DNA of 64,000 nucleotides from Octopus vulgaris (GCA_951406725.2 OX597830.1:73842001-73906000), one strand, 5' to 3'; shown: positions 38,778-52,617, numbered from the stretch's first letter. Notes: generated from the letters alone by a model not told the origin. Numbers and translations are program-made.

Positions 38778-38914
38778 GTGTGAGTGTGTGCGCGTTTGCG
38801 TGTATGAATGTGTACATGTATGTGTGTATGTATATATGAACATATACATATATTTACACACATAATTATGGAATTACTATTTACACACATAAGTATAAAT
38901 ATATATATTCTTTT

Positions 38915-39750
38915 ATTCTTTTATTTTTGTCAGTTATTTGACATCGGCCTTGCTGGAATACAGCCTTTAGTCGAACAAATCGATCGCGTGACTTGTTCTT
39001 TGTAAGCCTAGTACTTATTCTATGGCACACTTATGCCGAACCGCTAAGTTACAGGAACGTAAACACAGCAATATCGGTTGTAAAGCGATGGTTGGTGGAG
39101 GACAAACACAGACACAAAAACATATATACACGCACACACACACGCATATGTATATACGACGGGTTTCCGTCTACCAAATCCACTCACAAGGCTTTGGTCG
39201 CTCCGGTGCTATAGTAGAAGACACTTGCCCAAGGTCCCACACAGCGATACTGAACCCAGAACCATGTGGTTAGTAAGCAAGCTACTTAACATACAACAAC
39301 GCCTGCGCCTATATACATACATACATACATATATATATATATGTGTGTGTGTCTGTGTGTGTGTGTGTACATGGCGTGGTAAGAAGCTTGGTTCTCAACC
39401 ACATGGTCCCGGTTTCAGTCCCACTGCGTGGCATCTTGGGCAACTGTCTTCTATTGTAGCCATGAGACTTCCAGATACTGGTGACGGAAACTGAAAGCCC
39501 GTCGTTTATACAAGTGTGTGTGTGTGTATGCTTCTGTGTGTGTTCATGTTTGTCTGTCCATCACCACTTGACAACCGGTATTGGTGTGTTTACGTCCCCG
39601 TAAACTAGCAGTTCGGCAATAGATACCGATCGAATAAGTAATAGGTTTAAGAAATAGGCCCTGGGATCGGTTTGTTCGACTAAAACCTTTCAAGTCGGCG
39701 CTCCAGCCTGGTCGTAGTCAAATGACTGAAACAACGAAAATAATAAAAGG
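38915..39750. mobile_element. Head-to-head pair of family C SINEs (38915-39310 -, 39372-39750 +)
   Basis: Family C motifs on opposite strands separated by a microsatellite. Confidence 0.82.
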
Positions 39751-39953
39751 ATAAATAAAGAAATATACATATATATACATATACATATACACACACGTGT
39801 TTTTATGTACATTTATACGAGATGTATAGTTATACAGTTAAGCGTTTGTGCGGGTGAGTGTTTGCGTATGCGTTTACTATAACCCATCCCTGCGTTAGTT
39901 CGTGTGTCTCTGCATCACTTGTCATGCTTTTGTTTTAGCAAAACCATACATAT

Positions 39954-40003
<50 letters not shown>

Positions 40004-40297
40004 CTCATGTAAATACTGAAGTTGGTTTATAAATTTTTTTTATCTAAAATTTCTCTTAGTCTTAAAATATCATATAACCACAGTTTAATAAATAATTTCT
40101 AATACACGTAGAAGGTTCCAATGACACGTGGAAAGGATCATGGATTTTGGCGAAAAGTAAAATTACATGAAATCTTTGATGCCAATGTTTGCCCAACCGA
40201 TGAATTAGTTTTGGGAATTGTCTTTTCTTCTCTGCAAACATTATGTCTGTATTTGTCTTCGAATGTTTGTTGTTTATTATATGTTATCTATCTATCT

Positions 40298-40617
40298 GTG
40301 AAGGCGCATGGCTCAGTGGTTAGAGCGTCAAGATTACGATCGTGAGGTTGTGAGTTCGAATCCCGGACCGGGCTGCTTCTTGTGTTCTTATTTCACGTTG
40401 CTCCAGTTCACTCAGCTGTAGAAATGTGTTGCGACGCCACATGTGCCAAGCTGTATCGGCTTTTGCCTTTGCCTTGGGTAACACTGGTGGCGTACAGAGG
40501 GGAGGCCGGTATGCATGGGCGACTGCTGGTCTTCTATAAACAACCTTGCCCGGACTTGTGCCTGGGAGGGTAACTTTCTAGGTGCAATCCCACGGTGAGA
40601 CATGGCCGAAGGGGGTC
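40298..40617 (+). mobile_element. SINE family D
   Basis: A box TGGCTCAGTGG, B box GTTCGAATCC. Confidence 0.87.
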
Positions 40618-40666
40618 ATTAAAAATCTATCTATCTATCTATCTATCTAACTTCTATCTATCTATA

Positions 40667-40717
<51 letters not shown>

Positions 40718-41001
40718 TTGTCTGTCTATGTATATTTCTATTTACCTTGGTGTCTCAGTTTGGTAAATGTTACGAACAAGACCAAAAGTAAAAATATAGT
40801 ACAAGAGGGACAAGTTAACAAACATTGTCATAAGTTCAATGCTTAAAAATCAGAAGGGAAAGAATTTCGACCTTTTGGACGTTAGTCCTTCATCAAAAAT
40901 TGAAATTCTTCGAAAGAATGAGAGCGCGGAAAATCTGTCTCTCTGTCAGTCGGCCTGTTGGACTGTCTATCTGTTACTCTCTCTCCAACCCAATACCCCC
41001 C

Positions 41002-41033
<32 letters not shown>

Positions 41034-41403
41034 ATTTATCTATCTATCCATATCTTACTCGCTATCTATCTATCTATCCATCCATCTATCCATCCATCCA
41101 GCTATCTATCTATTTACATACGTATAATTATCAGTTTGACTGCATGACTATGATTATCTGCTTGTCTGCTTCGTTAGCTTGCAACAGATCAGTGAATTTA
41201 TAATATCATATATTATGATGTCCGTTGTTTTGCTTTAATTATCTATATACGTTATTCTATGGCATTTTCGATATACACACACGCGCAGGCTATACTTGTG
41301 TTTATACTCACATATGTATTTATTATATGTGTGTAAGCATATGGATGCGTGTACATGTAAGTGTATAAATTATACATGCATACATACACACATATATACA
41401 TAC

Positions 41404-41435
<32 letters not shown>

Positions 41436-41458
41436 GTATATATATGTATATATATATG

Positions 41459-41494
<36 letters not shown>

Positions 41495-41626
41495 TACATA
41501 CGAGAAACCTGAAACACACACGCACCAAGGGTAGTTACGAAGAAAAACACAAAGAATGAGGAGTGACAGAGATAAGGGGGCAGATCGATTGATAGGCAGT
41601 TATCGTGACATACACAGACATACTTC

Positions 41627-41670
<44 letters not shown>

Positions 41671-42125
41671 AACATATAAATATATATATGTATATATATA
41701 TATATATGTACAAACATATATATATATATATGGTTGTATGCGTACGTACACACAAGCACATACATAGACTGACGCACGTACACACGCACGCAAGCGCACA
41801 CATGTCTGTCTAAGTATCAGTCATTTTGGCGCCAGTAGAGATTGCTCCTGAATCGAAGCGCTTTATTTTGTGACTATTTCGTGATTGTGGAAATTAAGTA
41901 AACTTATGAAACAAAAGTAATCGGTAACAAAAATAGTTGTTAGCTGGTTAGGAATAAAATAAATTGTTAGAGTTAACTAGTTAACTAGTGACGGTAACGA
42001 ACTTATGAGAGAAGACAAACGGAAGAAGTATGCCCAGGAAAATGGCGGTAGAAGATGGTTAGGAACAAATATTGTAAACAAATAGAATTATCGTTTTTAT
42101 ACACACACTTATATATGTATGTATA

Positions 42126-42224
<99 letters not shown>

Positions 42225-42311
42225 CTATCTATCTAACTATCTATCTATCTATATGTATATATATATATGTACATATCTCTCTCTCTCTCCTCTCTCTCTC
42301 TATATATGTAC

Positions 42312-42350
<39 letters not shown>

Positions 42351-42411
42351 TAAGATATATACATACACACACATCTCTCTCTCTCTGTCTCTCTGTATAT
42401 ATATGTGTGTG

Positions 42412-42468
<57 letters not shown>

Positions 42469-42716
42469 CTATATATATATATACACACAGACACATGTAT
42501 ATAGACACGTACACACACACATGTGCGCGCACGCGTATAGACACACACGCTCAGGCGCACACATATCCACAAACTGAATGAGATAAGTAGTCACCGCAGT
42601 GTGGAAGTAAAGACGTATTTCAAGATCAGGTTACAGAAGAAGGGCATATAAATTATGTACAGCTTAATGTAAGGTTGAAGGTAAATGAAAACACTCCCAG
42701 ATACACGCACACATGT

Positions 42717-42747
<31 letters not shown>

Positions 42748-43042
42748 CACACACACACACGTAGGCGCACACATACTCGCAAAAATAATAACAGTAAGAG
42801 CAAAAATAGAGAAAACAACATGAAACCTATAACGAAAGACGGTAAGGAGGAAACAAGATCAATAATAGCAACAACCGAAAGGAATATGATGATGGCGACA
42901 ATGACGATGGTGGTGATGATGATGATGATAATAATAATAATGACAACAACAACAACAACAACAACATCTATGGAAAACAAATAGCAGTAAGTATAATACA
43001 TTCAAAGTGGGAAGAATGCTGGGGAGTATGTTTGGGAAAATT

Positions 43043-43044
<2 letters not shown>

Positions 43045-43106
<62 letters not shown>

Positions 43107-43141
43107 TGATGATGATAATAATAATAATAATAATAATAATG

Positions 43142-43172
<31 letters not shown>

Positions 43173-43216
43173 TAATAATAATAATAATAATAATAACAAT
43201 AATTATAATAATAATG

Positions 43217-43247
<31 letters not shown>

Positions 43248-43327
43248 TATTAATAATAATAATAATAATAATAATAACAATAATAATAATAATAACAACA
43301 ACAACAATAATAATAATGATGATGATG

Positions 43328-43389
<62 letters not shown>

Positions 43390-43390
43390 T
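43045..43390. repeat. (AAT/GAT)n microsatellite
   Basis: Directly visible. Confidence 0.95.
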
Positions 43391-43511
43391 TGATATGATA
43401 TGAAGCTGAAGAAGAAGGAGGGAGAAAAAGCGAGTGGAAAAAAAAAAGAACACGGTTTTAAAAAATATATCAAAAACACAAATGATTTAATGTCGGAAAA
43501 CCAGAATGACA

Positions 43512-43528
43512 GTAGCGCCATCTACCCT
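43512..43528 (-). promoter_or_regulatory. Possible CTCF-like motif
   Basis: GGTAGATGGCGCTA matches the 3' part of the CTCF consensus; motif match only. Confidence 0.2.
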
Positions 43529-43792
43529 CTTGTGTTGTGTGGAGAGCTTGTATTAAGGAACACGTACGTAAGTTTGAAAGACGAATGAAGTGTGAGTGTG
43601 GGGGTGTGCATGCATGTGTGTGTGTATGTGTGTTGTGTGTGTGCGTACGTGCGTCTGTATATGTGTGTGTGTGTGTGCCTCTGTGTGTGTGCACGCGCAA
43701 ACGCGTGTATATTCTGAATATATAGAAGAGTGGCTTGAAGATTTTAGTGGCGGACCAGGCGATAAGAAATATCACTGGTAACAACAACAGTA

Positions 43793-43973
43793 TAGGTGTA
43801 GGAGTGGCTGTGTGGTAAGTAGCTTGCTTACCAACCACATGGTTCTAGGTTCAGTCCCACTGCGTGGCACCTTGGGCAAGTATCTTCAACTATAGTCTCG
43901 GGCCGACCAAAGCCTTGTGAGTGGATTTGGTAGACGGAAACTGAAAGAAGCCCGTCGTATATATGTATATATA

Positions 43974-44006
<33 letters not shown>

Positions 44007-44228
44007 GTGTCTGTGTTTGTCTACCCAACATTGCTTGACAACCGATGCTGGTGTGTTTACGTGACCGTAACATAACGGTTCGGCAAAAGAGAACGATAGA
44101 ATAAGTACTGGGCTTACAAAGAATAAGTCCTCGAGGCGATTTGCTCGAGTAAAGGCGGTGCCCCAGCATGGCCGCAGACAAATGATTGGAACAAGTAAAA
44201 GAGTGAAAGAGAGTGAAAGAGAGTAAAA
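43793..44228 (+). mobile_element. Full-length SINE family C
   Basis: Head, CCTTGGGCAAGT segment, internal (TG)n, repeated GAGTRAAA tail. Confidence 0.9.
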
Positions 44229-44433
44229 GCAGCACCGACAGCAGCAACTACGTTAATAATAATAATACTAATAATAAGAAGAATAAGAATAATGAAGTTT
44301 TCTAATTTGGGCCCCGGTCCAGCAATTTTAAAGGTGGGGCGGTGTAGGGTGGGGCGGGGTGGGGAATTGTCGATAGGATCAGCTCCAGTTCTTCAACGCT
44401 TCATTTTATTGGCCCCAGTGAGATGAAAAGCGA

Positions 44434-44480
<47 letters not shown>

Positions 44481-44849
44481 GGTAGTGGGGTGGAGAGAGA
44501 GTAGCAGATAGACAGTCCGACAGGCCGACTGACAGAGAGACAGATTTCCCGCGCTCTCGTTCTTTCGAAGAATTTCAATTTTTGATGAAGGACTAACGTC
44601 CAAAAGGTCGAAATTCTTTCCCTTCTGATTTTTAAGCATTGAACTTATGACAATGTTTGTTAACTTGTCCCTCTTGTACTATATTTTTACTTTTGGTCTT
44701 GTTCGTAACATTTACCAAACTGATCTCTGCAGTGTTCAAAGCCAAAACACAAAGTCTAAGCGGGCACCATAAGGTATTTTGACCTGCTTCCTAGCTATTC
44801 TGTCAATTAACCACCTTTAAAACAACAACAACAACAACAACAATGTTTT

Positions 44850-45068
44850 CTAATTTTGTCACAAGAACAGCGATTTGGTGGGGGGGGGGTGATGAGTCGG
44901 TTACATCGATCCCGGTGTTTCACTGGTACTTATTTCTTTATCGACTCCGAAAGGATAAAGGGGTGAAGTCGACCTCGGCGGAATTTGAACTCAGAAAAAT
45001 TAGCTAAGCAGTGAAATACTGCTAAGCATTTCGTTCAGCGCGCTAACGATTCCGCCAGCTCGCTGCCT
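44850..45068 (-). mobile_element. SINE family A variant
   Basis: GTCGACCTCGGCGGAATTTGAACTCAG and head. Confidence 0.8.
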
Positions 45069-45071
45069 TTA

Positions 45072-45430
45072 ATGATGATGATGATGGTGGTGGTGGTGGT
45101 GGTGGTGGTGGTGGTGATGGTGGTGGTGGTGGTGGTGGAGGTGGTGGTGATAGTGGTGGTGGTGGAGGTGGTGGTGATTATGATGATGATGATGATGATG
45201 ATTAGAAAGAGGAGGATGAAGAGAAGAAGAAGAAGGAGGAGGAGGGGGAGGGAAAGATGAAGAAGGTGGAGGTGGAGGAGGATGAGAAGAAGGAGAAGAA
45301 GAAGAAGCGGAAGAAGAAGAAGATGAAGCGGAAGAAGAAGAAGATGAAGCGGAAGAAGAAGAAGAAGAAGAAGAAGAAGAAGAAGAAGAAGAAGAAGAAG
45401 AAGAAGAAGAAGAAGAAGAAGAAGAAGAAA
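45072..45430. repeat. (GAT)(GGT)(GAA)n compound trinucleotide repeat
   Basis: Directly visible. Confidence 0.95.
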
Positions 45431-45649
45431 AGTGTAGTTAACAGGCATAGATATTGAAAAGAGAAAACAATGATAATTGCACCAGCAGATATCGTACCTA
45501 ACGAGGACAGAGGAATGAATGGTGACAGTGAAGATGTAAGGTGTAACTGCATTGTCAGTAATGGAAGCAGAAGTAATGAGACGAGCAAAAAGAGTACGGT
45601 GATGATCAACAAGGAATGATGTGCCGACGTACCAGAGAAGACCACGATC

Positions 45650-46670
45650 AAACCCCCACCTCCTCTAGTCTCAGGTATACCGACAGGTGCAAGCTAAAAG
45701 AGGAAGCTGAAGAGATTTTCTGTTCTTGGATTCTTTCACACGGGAAATATAAATGAACTTAACAATATTGTCAGGGCCACAGCTAAGGTTGTCGAGGAAA
45801 GTGTTGGACACAAAAGAAGAGTACAAATAGTTCGTAAAGAACCATAATTGGCGGAGACGAATTTGTGAGGAACAAAGTTAAAAAGACATTTGGGGAAGTT
45901 GATGGCCTGAAAAGGGGGAGTTGCCAAACGAAAGCCTAAGAATAAGGCTGGGAAGAACATACAGAATAAGAGATAAAAGGTATGGTGTAATACTGGAAGA
46001 ACTGAAACAAAGGGAGTATAAGTGAGGTAGAACTGGAAAGATGTGATAATGAAACAAGGCAATTCAGGCAAAACAGATTGTTTGAAGTCAATCAGAAAAA
46101 TAAAAAATTAAAAAAATTTTTGAGCAACTAGATGGGCAAGTGTGCCTAACATTGGTACCTGAGGGAGGCGAAAGCAGAACATTCCAGTGGAGCGGGGAGA
46201 AATTTTGCATCAGCCTGAAAAGCATAATGGAAAAATGGAGATGTATAAAATCCAAAGCAGAAAGATACAAATTCAAGACAACATAAAACTAACTACAGAA
46301 ACGATAAAAGGTCAGTTATGAAAATTCCAAATTGGAAGCACCCAGGGCCAGTTGGTATCCAAGGATGTGAAGAAGCTGAAAGGGCTCAAGGAAAAGATAA
46401 CAGAACAGCTGAATAAGTGCTTGCAGAATGACTCAATACTCAGCTGGATGACAAAAGGAAAGACACTGTTGTGTGTCAAAGATCTTGAGAAGGGTGGCAT
46501 AGTATCCAACTTTCGACCAATAATGTGTCCTGCGCTAACCTAGCAACTCTTGCCAGGTGTTCTGACTAGTAAACTGCATGGATACTTGGAAAAGGTGAGC
46601 TGCTACCTATTGAATAGAAAGGTTACCAAAAAGAGAACCGGTGAACAGAAGATCAACTGTTAATGAAGCG
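45650..46670 (+). pseudogene. Decayed R4/Dong-like retrotransposon ORF (pre-RT region and RT N-terminus)
   Basis: NINELNNIVRATAKVV..EP; KIPNWKHPGP.GIQG; WMTKGKTLL..KD..KG...NFRPI.C; LLP.E.KG; EDQLL, with stops and frameshifts. Confidence 0.75.
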
Positions 46671-46964
46671 CTATCTGCCACTGAGGAGTGAAAAACGATG
46701 CCGAAACATCATCTCTGTTAGTCTGCTGAAATCTGTTGCAGTTGGGCTCGATATATTTTTACTCACAATATAATATACGCAAAATCTTTTCTCCAAAACA
46801 AATGCAATCCGGTCGAAAAAACCTTTCACTAACAAGTGTATTAGAAATAAGTTTTTCTATCTATATAATATACGTATATATTATATATATTATATATATA
46901 TATGTGTGTGTGTGGGTATGTGTGTATAAATATATATATATTTATATATTTGTATATGTGCATG

Positions 46965-47165
46965 TATAGCTGAAATTTACTGAAAGACAAATGAGGGAGA
47001 CAGGTGTATTAACAACAAGCAGGTGTATTAGTTTGGTGCTTGAAAAGGTGAGGAAGTCTTTTACATTTCGAGGCTACGCTCTTCAACAGAAAGGAATACG
47101 TAGGAATAATCAGAGAGAAAATAAATATTAAAAAAAAACTTGTCGATTTAGCGGTCAATCATGAC
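46965..47165 (-). mobile_element. pLTR-like element with hammerhead variant (47057-47094)
   Basis: CUGUUGA-A-GAGCGUAGCCUC-GAAA-UG-UA-AAAGA; homologous to 29055. Confidence 0.65.
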
Positions 47166-47294
47166 AACTGGTTGCGAAAAGGTAGTTGGACAGGAGAGTT
47201 AGGAAATATATGAGTGACTTTATTTATCTCTATTAATCCCTTCTCCTTTCTCTCTCTTCCTCTTAACATCCTTGCTTCCATCAGTCTCTCTTTC

Positions 47295-47357
<63 letters not shown>

Positions 47358-47393
47358 ATATATATGTATGTATATATATATATGTATGCACAC

Positions 47394-47438
<45 letters not shown>

Positions 47439-47474
47439 TATATATATACATATATGTATAAACAGAGATGGGGA

Positions 47475-47514
47475 TAGATAGATAGTTAGATGTAGATAGA
47501 TAGATAGATAGACT

Positions 47515-47568
<54 letters not shown>

Positions 47569-47620
47569 CTGATAGATAGATAGATAGATAGATAGACAGA
47601 CAGATAGATAGATAGACAGG

Positions 47621-47712
<92 letters not shown>

Positions 47713-47730
47713 TAGATATATAGATAGATA
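47475..47730. repeat. (GATA)n microsatellite
   Basis: Directly visible. Confidence 0.95.
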
Positions 47731-48297
47731 GATTTATGTGTGTATGGGAGAATATAAATACTGAACGTACGCTTTTCACTTATACATATCTCACTCTCCC
47801 CATCCCCCCTCTCTCTCTCTCTCCCTCCGTATATGTGTGCATGTGTGTGTTTATAAGTTTATTTGGAGTTGATATATTTTGATATATAAAAGAATATATA
47901 TGTAATATATAGTTAAATCATAGACATATCTGCATATGACCTCACACACATAAATAGAACTTACGTGCTCCGTGCAAATAGTCTTGCCTGGATGTGTGAT
48001 GTCTGTGTTTGTGTGTGTGTGTCTGTGTACATATTGAGAAGAATTTAGTAACCATGGTAACGCACATGAAAGGACTAACGTGTAACTATAGATCTTCTAA
48101 GACCTGTAAAAGGGACTTCTCTATACGCTTTCTCAGTTTGCCGAAGTTGAGTGTTATTTATGCGTATTTGTGTGTCTTGGCAGGTCCATTGAATATGTGA
48201 TATGTCTAAATGAATCAAAACAGGACGTACGTATATGTGTGTTTATGTATACACACGCACACATATACATACATACATACACACATACACATATATG

Positions 48298-48352
<55 letters not shown>

Positions 48353-48363
48353 ATGTATGTATG

Positions 48364-48429
<66 letters not shown>

Positions 48430-48804
48430 TAACACATACCGATAGTTAAACACGCAGGCAGGCACGAAAATATTTTCAATGATGTTTTCTCAATGCTCTC
48501 AGAAAATATTCCAACAATATTTAGATGTTTTAATAATGCTCTTTTCGTGAAAAAGTCCAATGTCAATATTGATATTTATTATATCAATGTCGTCTGCGGA
48601 AGTGAAATCATATCATATCTGGCACAAGGCACACATAAACGATTATGGGTCGTTTATATATTCCAGGACCTCACAAACTGTTTTACGGAAGTGTCAGTGT
48701 AACAATCCCATCTTCTTCAGTTATAAATTATATCGTATCGGTTCATTAACTAAAATAATGGATTTCTGGAAAATTAAACAGTAAAAATTGTTTAATATTC
48801 TTTT

Positions 48805-48942
48805 CTGTTCTAGACATAAGGCCCGAGAATTTTGAGAAGGGGCCAGTCAATTATATCGACCCCAGGACGCAACTGGTAATTAATTTATCGACCCCGAAAG
48901 GATGAAAGGCAAAGTCGATCACGGCGGAATTTCAACTCAGAG
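48805..48942 (-). mobile_element. SINE family A fragment
   Basis: Core domain match. Confidence 0.8.
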
Positions 48943-49119
48943 TTATGAATAAAATCCATTTTCAATTTTATACATAGTTCTGACGAGTCGAGGTTCGATT
49001 GTATCAATAGAAAACTAAATTTACAAATCTATAATTACATGTATTATATAATATTACAGTATTCACGAGATTGAATCCGATGAAACACATTGTAAATTTA
49101 CATAATAAAACGACTTGCT

Positions 49120-49340
49120 CACTTTCGAAACGCAGAGTAGATGAAACCATGGTGACTGAAGAAGGGGGATTTTCCTTGTGTTATTTGTCCTGTACTCTAT
49201 TTTTTCGTTGTTTAAGAAAAATGTCCAGTTCCTTGGTTTTGTGTTTATGTTTTCGTTTCGCATTGTATTCAACGTTTTTTTGATGTCCTGTACCCATATA
49301 TGCATGTAGATATACATGTAGAGGTATGTACATACATATA
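49120..49340 (+). mobile_element. pLTR-like repeat
   Basis: CGAAACGC..CTGAAGAAGG; homologous to 2370-2578. Confidence 0.6.
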
Positions 49341-49513
49341 GTATGTATGTATGCATATTTTTTATTTATTAATTTATCATATATATATATATATATATCA
49401 ACGTAAAATATATAGGGTAGCGAGTTTCTCTTAGAAATTTCGCTACCAGTGGCCTACCATGTATAAAAAGTCAATAGATAACATATTATCAATATAAAAT
49501 AGTTTACATTTAA

Positions 49514-49910
49514 ACACAAGAGAAGCTGCCTTCAACAGGCAGCTTTACTAGCTTTACGTATATGTTTTTAGCAATTTTAGAAGATTAGTTCGATATTTAT
49601 TCATTTACTGCCGACTAAAACTGCGCTTGCGCGGTGAATTTGAAAATTTATTATGTATAACGATGAGACACGTGGTTTTTGTCTCTTAATTATATGTTAG
49701 TGTTATGGCGCGGTCACTGATGAGAATTTCGCCTAGCAAATCATTTTATTTGCTAAAAAAATTGAAACCTAGGTATGACTGTATAAAAACAACAAGGTAA
49801 AACTTTTTATTTTTCATTCCATTCGAAGTTGCTCTTAAATGTGGTATTGGTCGTTTTGACTGCTTCTTCTAGCATGTAAAGCTGCCTGTTAAAGGCAGCT
49901 TCTCTTGCGT
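49514..49910. mobile_element. MITE with 35-bp internally palindromic TIRs
   Basis: AC(A/G)CAAGAGAAGCTGCCTT(C/T)AACAGGCAGCTTTAC at both ends (33/35 match), flanked by TTAA and TTGA. Confidence 0.8.
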
Positions 49911-50073
49911 TTGAACATATATATATTATAATATAATAGGTAAACAGTAAAAATAATTACAGACATGGACAAGAACATGAAACGCCACAGAGACGACACA
50001 AGAACCACAGGACGGGACATTCGAAGCCCTCAGTCATCAGTCAAGAACCAGATCATCTTAGCAATTTCGGCTG

Positions 50074-50130
<57 letters not shown>

Positions 50131-50307
50131 GGGTGGTGCATATATATATGTTTGTATTTATATTCTTAGACAAGAATGTTATCGACTGTGACTTCGAAGT
50201 TTCGGCAAATTACTCATCACGAGACAGTCCGACGATGGCTTAGCTGGCTAGTACTTCGAGGTCACTTATCAGCAACATTTTTGTTAAAGAACAATAAAAA
50301 TTTAGTT

Positions 50308-50492
50308 CAGTACTCCGCAACCGATATGCCACGGCGCACTGGTGTGTCACGACACGATACTAGGTGTGCTGCAGTGTAACCTGAATATAATTTTTTCCCT
50401 ATAATTTTAGTTATATTTTTAGCTCAGGTGTGCCGCCGAACTTTGAAAAGAACATAAGTGTACCGCAAGCGAAAAAATGTTGCGGAGCACTG
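50308..50492. mobile_element. hAT/Charlie-like MITE
   Basis: TIR CAGT(A/G)CTCCGCAAC (13/14); flanks of nTnTAGnn type, TSD decayed. Confidence 0.75.
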
Positions 50493-50589
50493 GTGTAGAG
50501 TAACCCATCAGGTGTAAGATCGTGTTTATTATAACTGAACATAAGAGCAAACATTAGCTTGGCCGCTAAATCTGCAAGTTTTTTTTTTA

Positions 50590-50910
50590 AATTCTCTCCT
50601 TGTTGAAGAGTGTAAGCTGGAAACATTTTCATTTTCTCGAGCGTCAAACTAATACATCTGCCTGTTGTACATACACCTGTCTTCGTTTTATTTTATATAT
50701 ATATTTCAACTATATATGTAAGAGAACAAGAAAAAGACAATAAAAACAACAACGAGAGGACGTAGCACATGTAAAGTATTAATAAGATGCTCGGAGAAAG
50801 AAAGGAGTGATGGTTACACGTTTCGAGCATAGCTCTTCTTCGGAAACAAGAAACATAGGAAAGTCAAAAGGAAAAGGAAGAATGAAGAAAAAGTCGCTAA
50901 CAGTGTACGT
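50590..50910. mobile_element. Two tail-to-tail pLTR-like fragments with degenerate hammerheads
   Basis: TGTTGAAGAGTGTAAGCTGGAAAC (+) and CCGAAGAAGAGCTATGCTCGAAACGT (-). Confidence 0.55.
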
Positions 50911-51020
50911 GTTTGGAAGTGACTGGAAGTAGAAGGACAAAGAGAAAGTATTTTCTGTGACAAGAGATTGTGAAGAATGTTTGGTATCTGTGTGTATGTA
51001 TGTGCGTGCGTGTATGTATG

Positions 51021-51053
<33 letters not shown>

Positions 51054-51188
51054 ATGTTTGTGTGTGTGTGTGTGTGCGTATACACACACACACATATATC
51101 GCTTAGGCATTGCGAGATTTATAGCCTGGTGTAGAATTCATTATACATATGTCTCAGAACAAAGTGTTGCAGGAGTATAGAACGGTGA

Positions 51189-51563
51189 TAAAGAAAAAGA
51201 TATGACACAGCAAAAACAATGGTTACGCCGTGAACTTCAGTAGCTTACAGCTGTTTCTGGTATAACATACAGTGGACTCATACCACAGTGCCGGAATAAC
51301 CTTCAATAGCTTCATCGGAGCCTCGAATAAGAAGTCTGATTTATTTCGGAGAAATGATTACATTTTTGCAATATACAAGGATGGCATTATCAGTGAGAAA
51401 TCTATTATTGGAGCGTATAAAAAGTCTATATTCGAGGCTCCGACGAAGCCAGAGAATGTTATTCAGGCATTCAACTACGAGTCCACTGCATCTATCGCAG
51501 AAACAACTGTAGGCTAATGAAGTTCATAACATAACCATTGTTTTTCCTGCGTCATATGTTTTC

Positions 51564-51567
<4 letters not shown>
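51189..51567. repeat. Foldback element with ~140-bp inverted arms, each carrying a hammerhead-like motif
   Basis: 51189-51329 aligns with the reverse complement of 51429-51567. Confidence 0.8.
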
Positions 51568-51654
<87 letters not shown>

Positions 51655-51703
51655 CATGCAAGTGGGGTAGTTTTGTGTAGATATATATGCGAAGTATATA
51701 TTT

Positions 51704-51746
<43 letters not shown>

Positions 51747-52175
51747 GGCTATATATGCATGCATATATATAAAGAACCATACACATCTTACAAACAACGG
51801 TTCACTACTCTTCTGTGCCTCACATGTTATATGATTTCTTTTTTCTCCTTGTAATTGGTCTGTGTATTCATGGAGACGTTGTCAAACACTTTGAAAGAAT
51901 TAGAATGAAGTATGGAAGGGAGACCACCACCATCTTTACTTCACCTGTCATTATATAACCACACTTAGCATTTCAACCGCAAAAAAGAAAAAAAGATGTT
52001 TTCTATTTTACTTGCTTCGCAAATTGTTCACTGTATTCATAAAACCTTAGTGCCGCTATTAAGTGTTTTATCTGTGTGTAGTCATCCGTATTGCGTTCTT
52101 TGAAGTTTGAGCTTATATATGTATATATATGTATATGTATATATATGTATATGTATATATATATGTTTATGTATG

Positions 52176-52270
<95 letters not shown>

Positions 52271-52344
52271 ATATGTATGTATATATGTATATATATATGT
52301 ATATATATATGTACGTAAAAGTGCCAAACACTTTTGTGAAGTAA

Positions 52345-52369
52345 AATAATAATAATAAAAATGATAATG

Positions 52370-52430
<61 letters not shown>

Positions 52431-52566
52431 TAATAATAATAATAATAAAATCAGTGGAATAAAGCATTGCTAAAAGAAAAACAGAACATTAACAATTACA
52501 AGTATAACAATAATGGTAGCAATAATACAAATAACATAATAATAATAATGATGATGATGATGATGA

Positions 52567-52617
<51 letters not shown>

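Larger units (their letters stand above)
40755..44723. repeat. Near-identical ~270-bp inverted duplication (40755-~41030 and ~44437-44723)
   Basis: ORF track gives almost identical peptides on opposite strands; only a few substitutions by eye. Confidence 0.9.
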
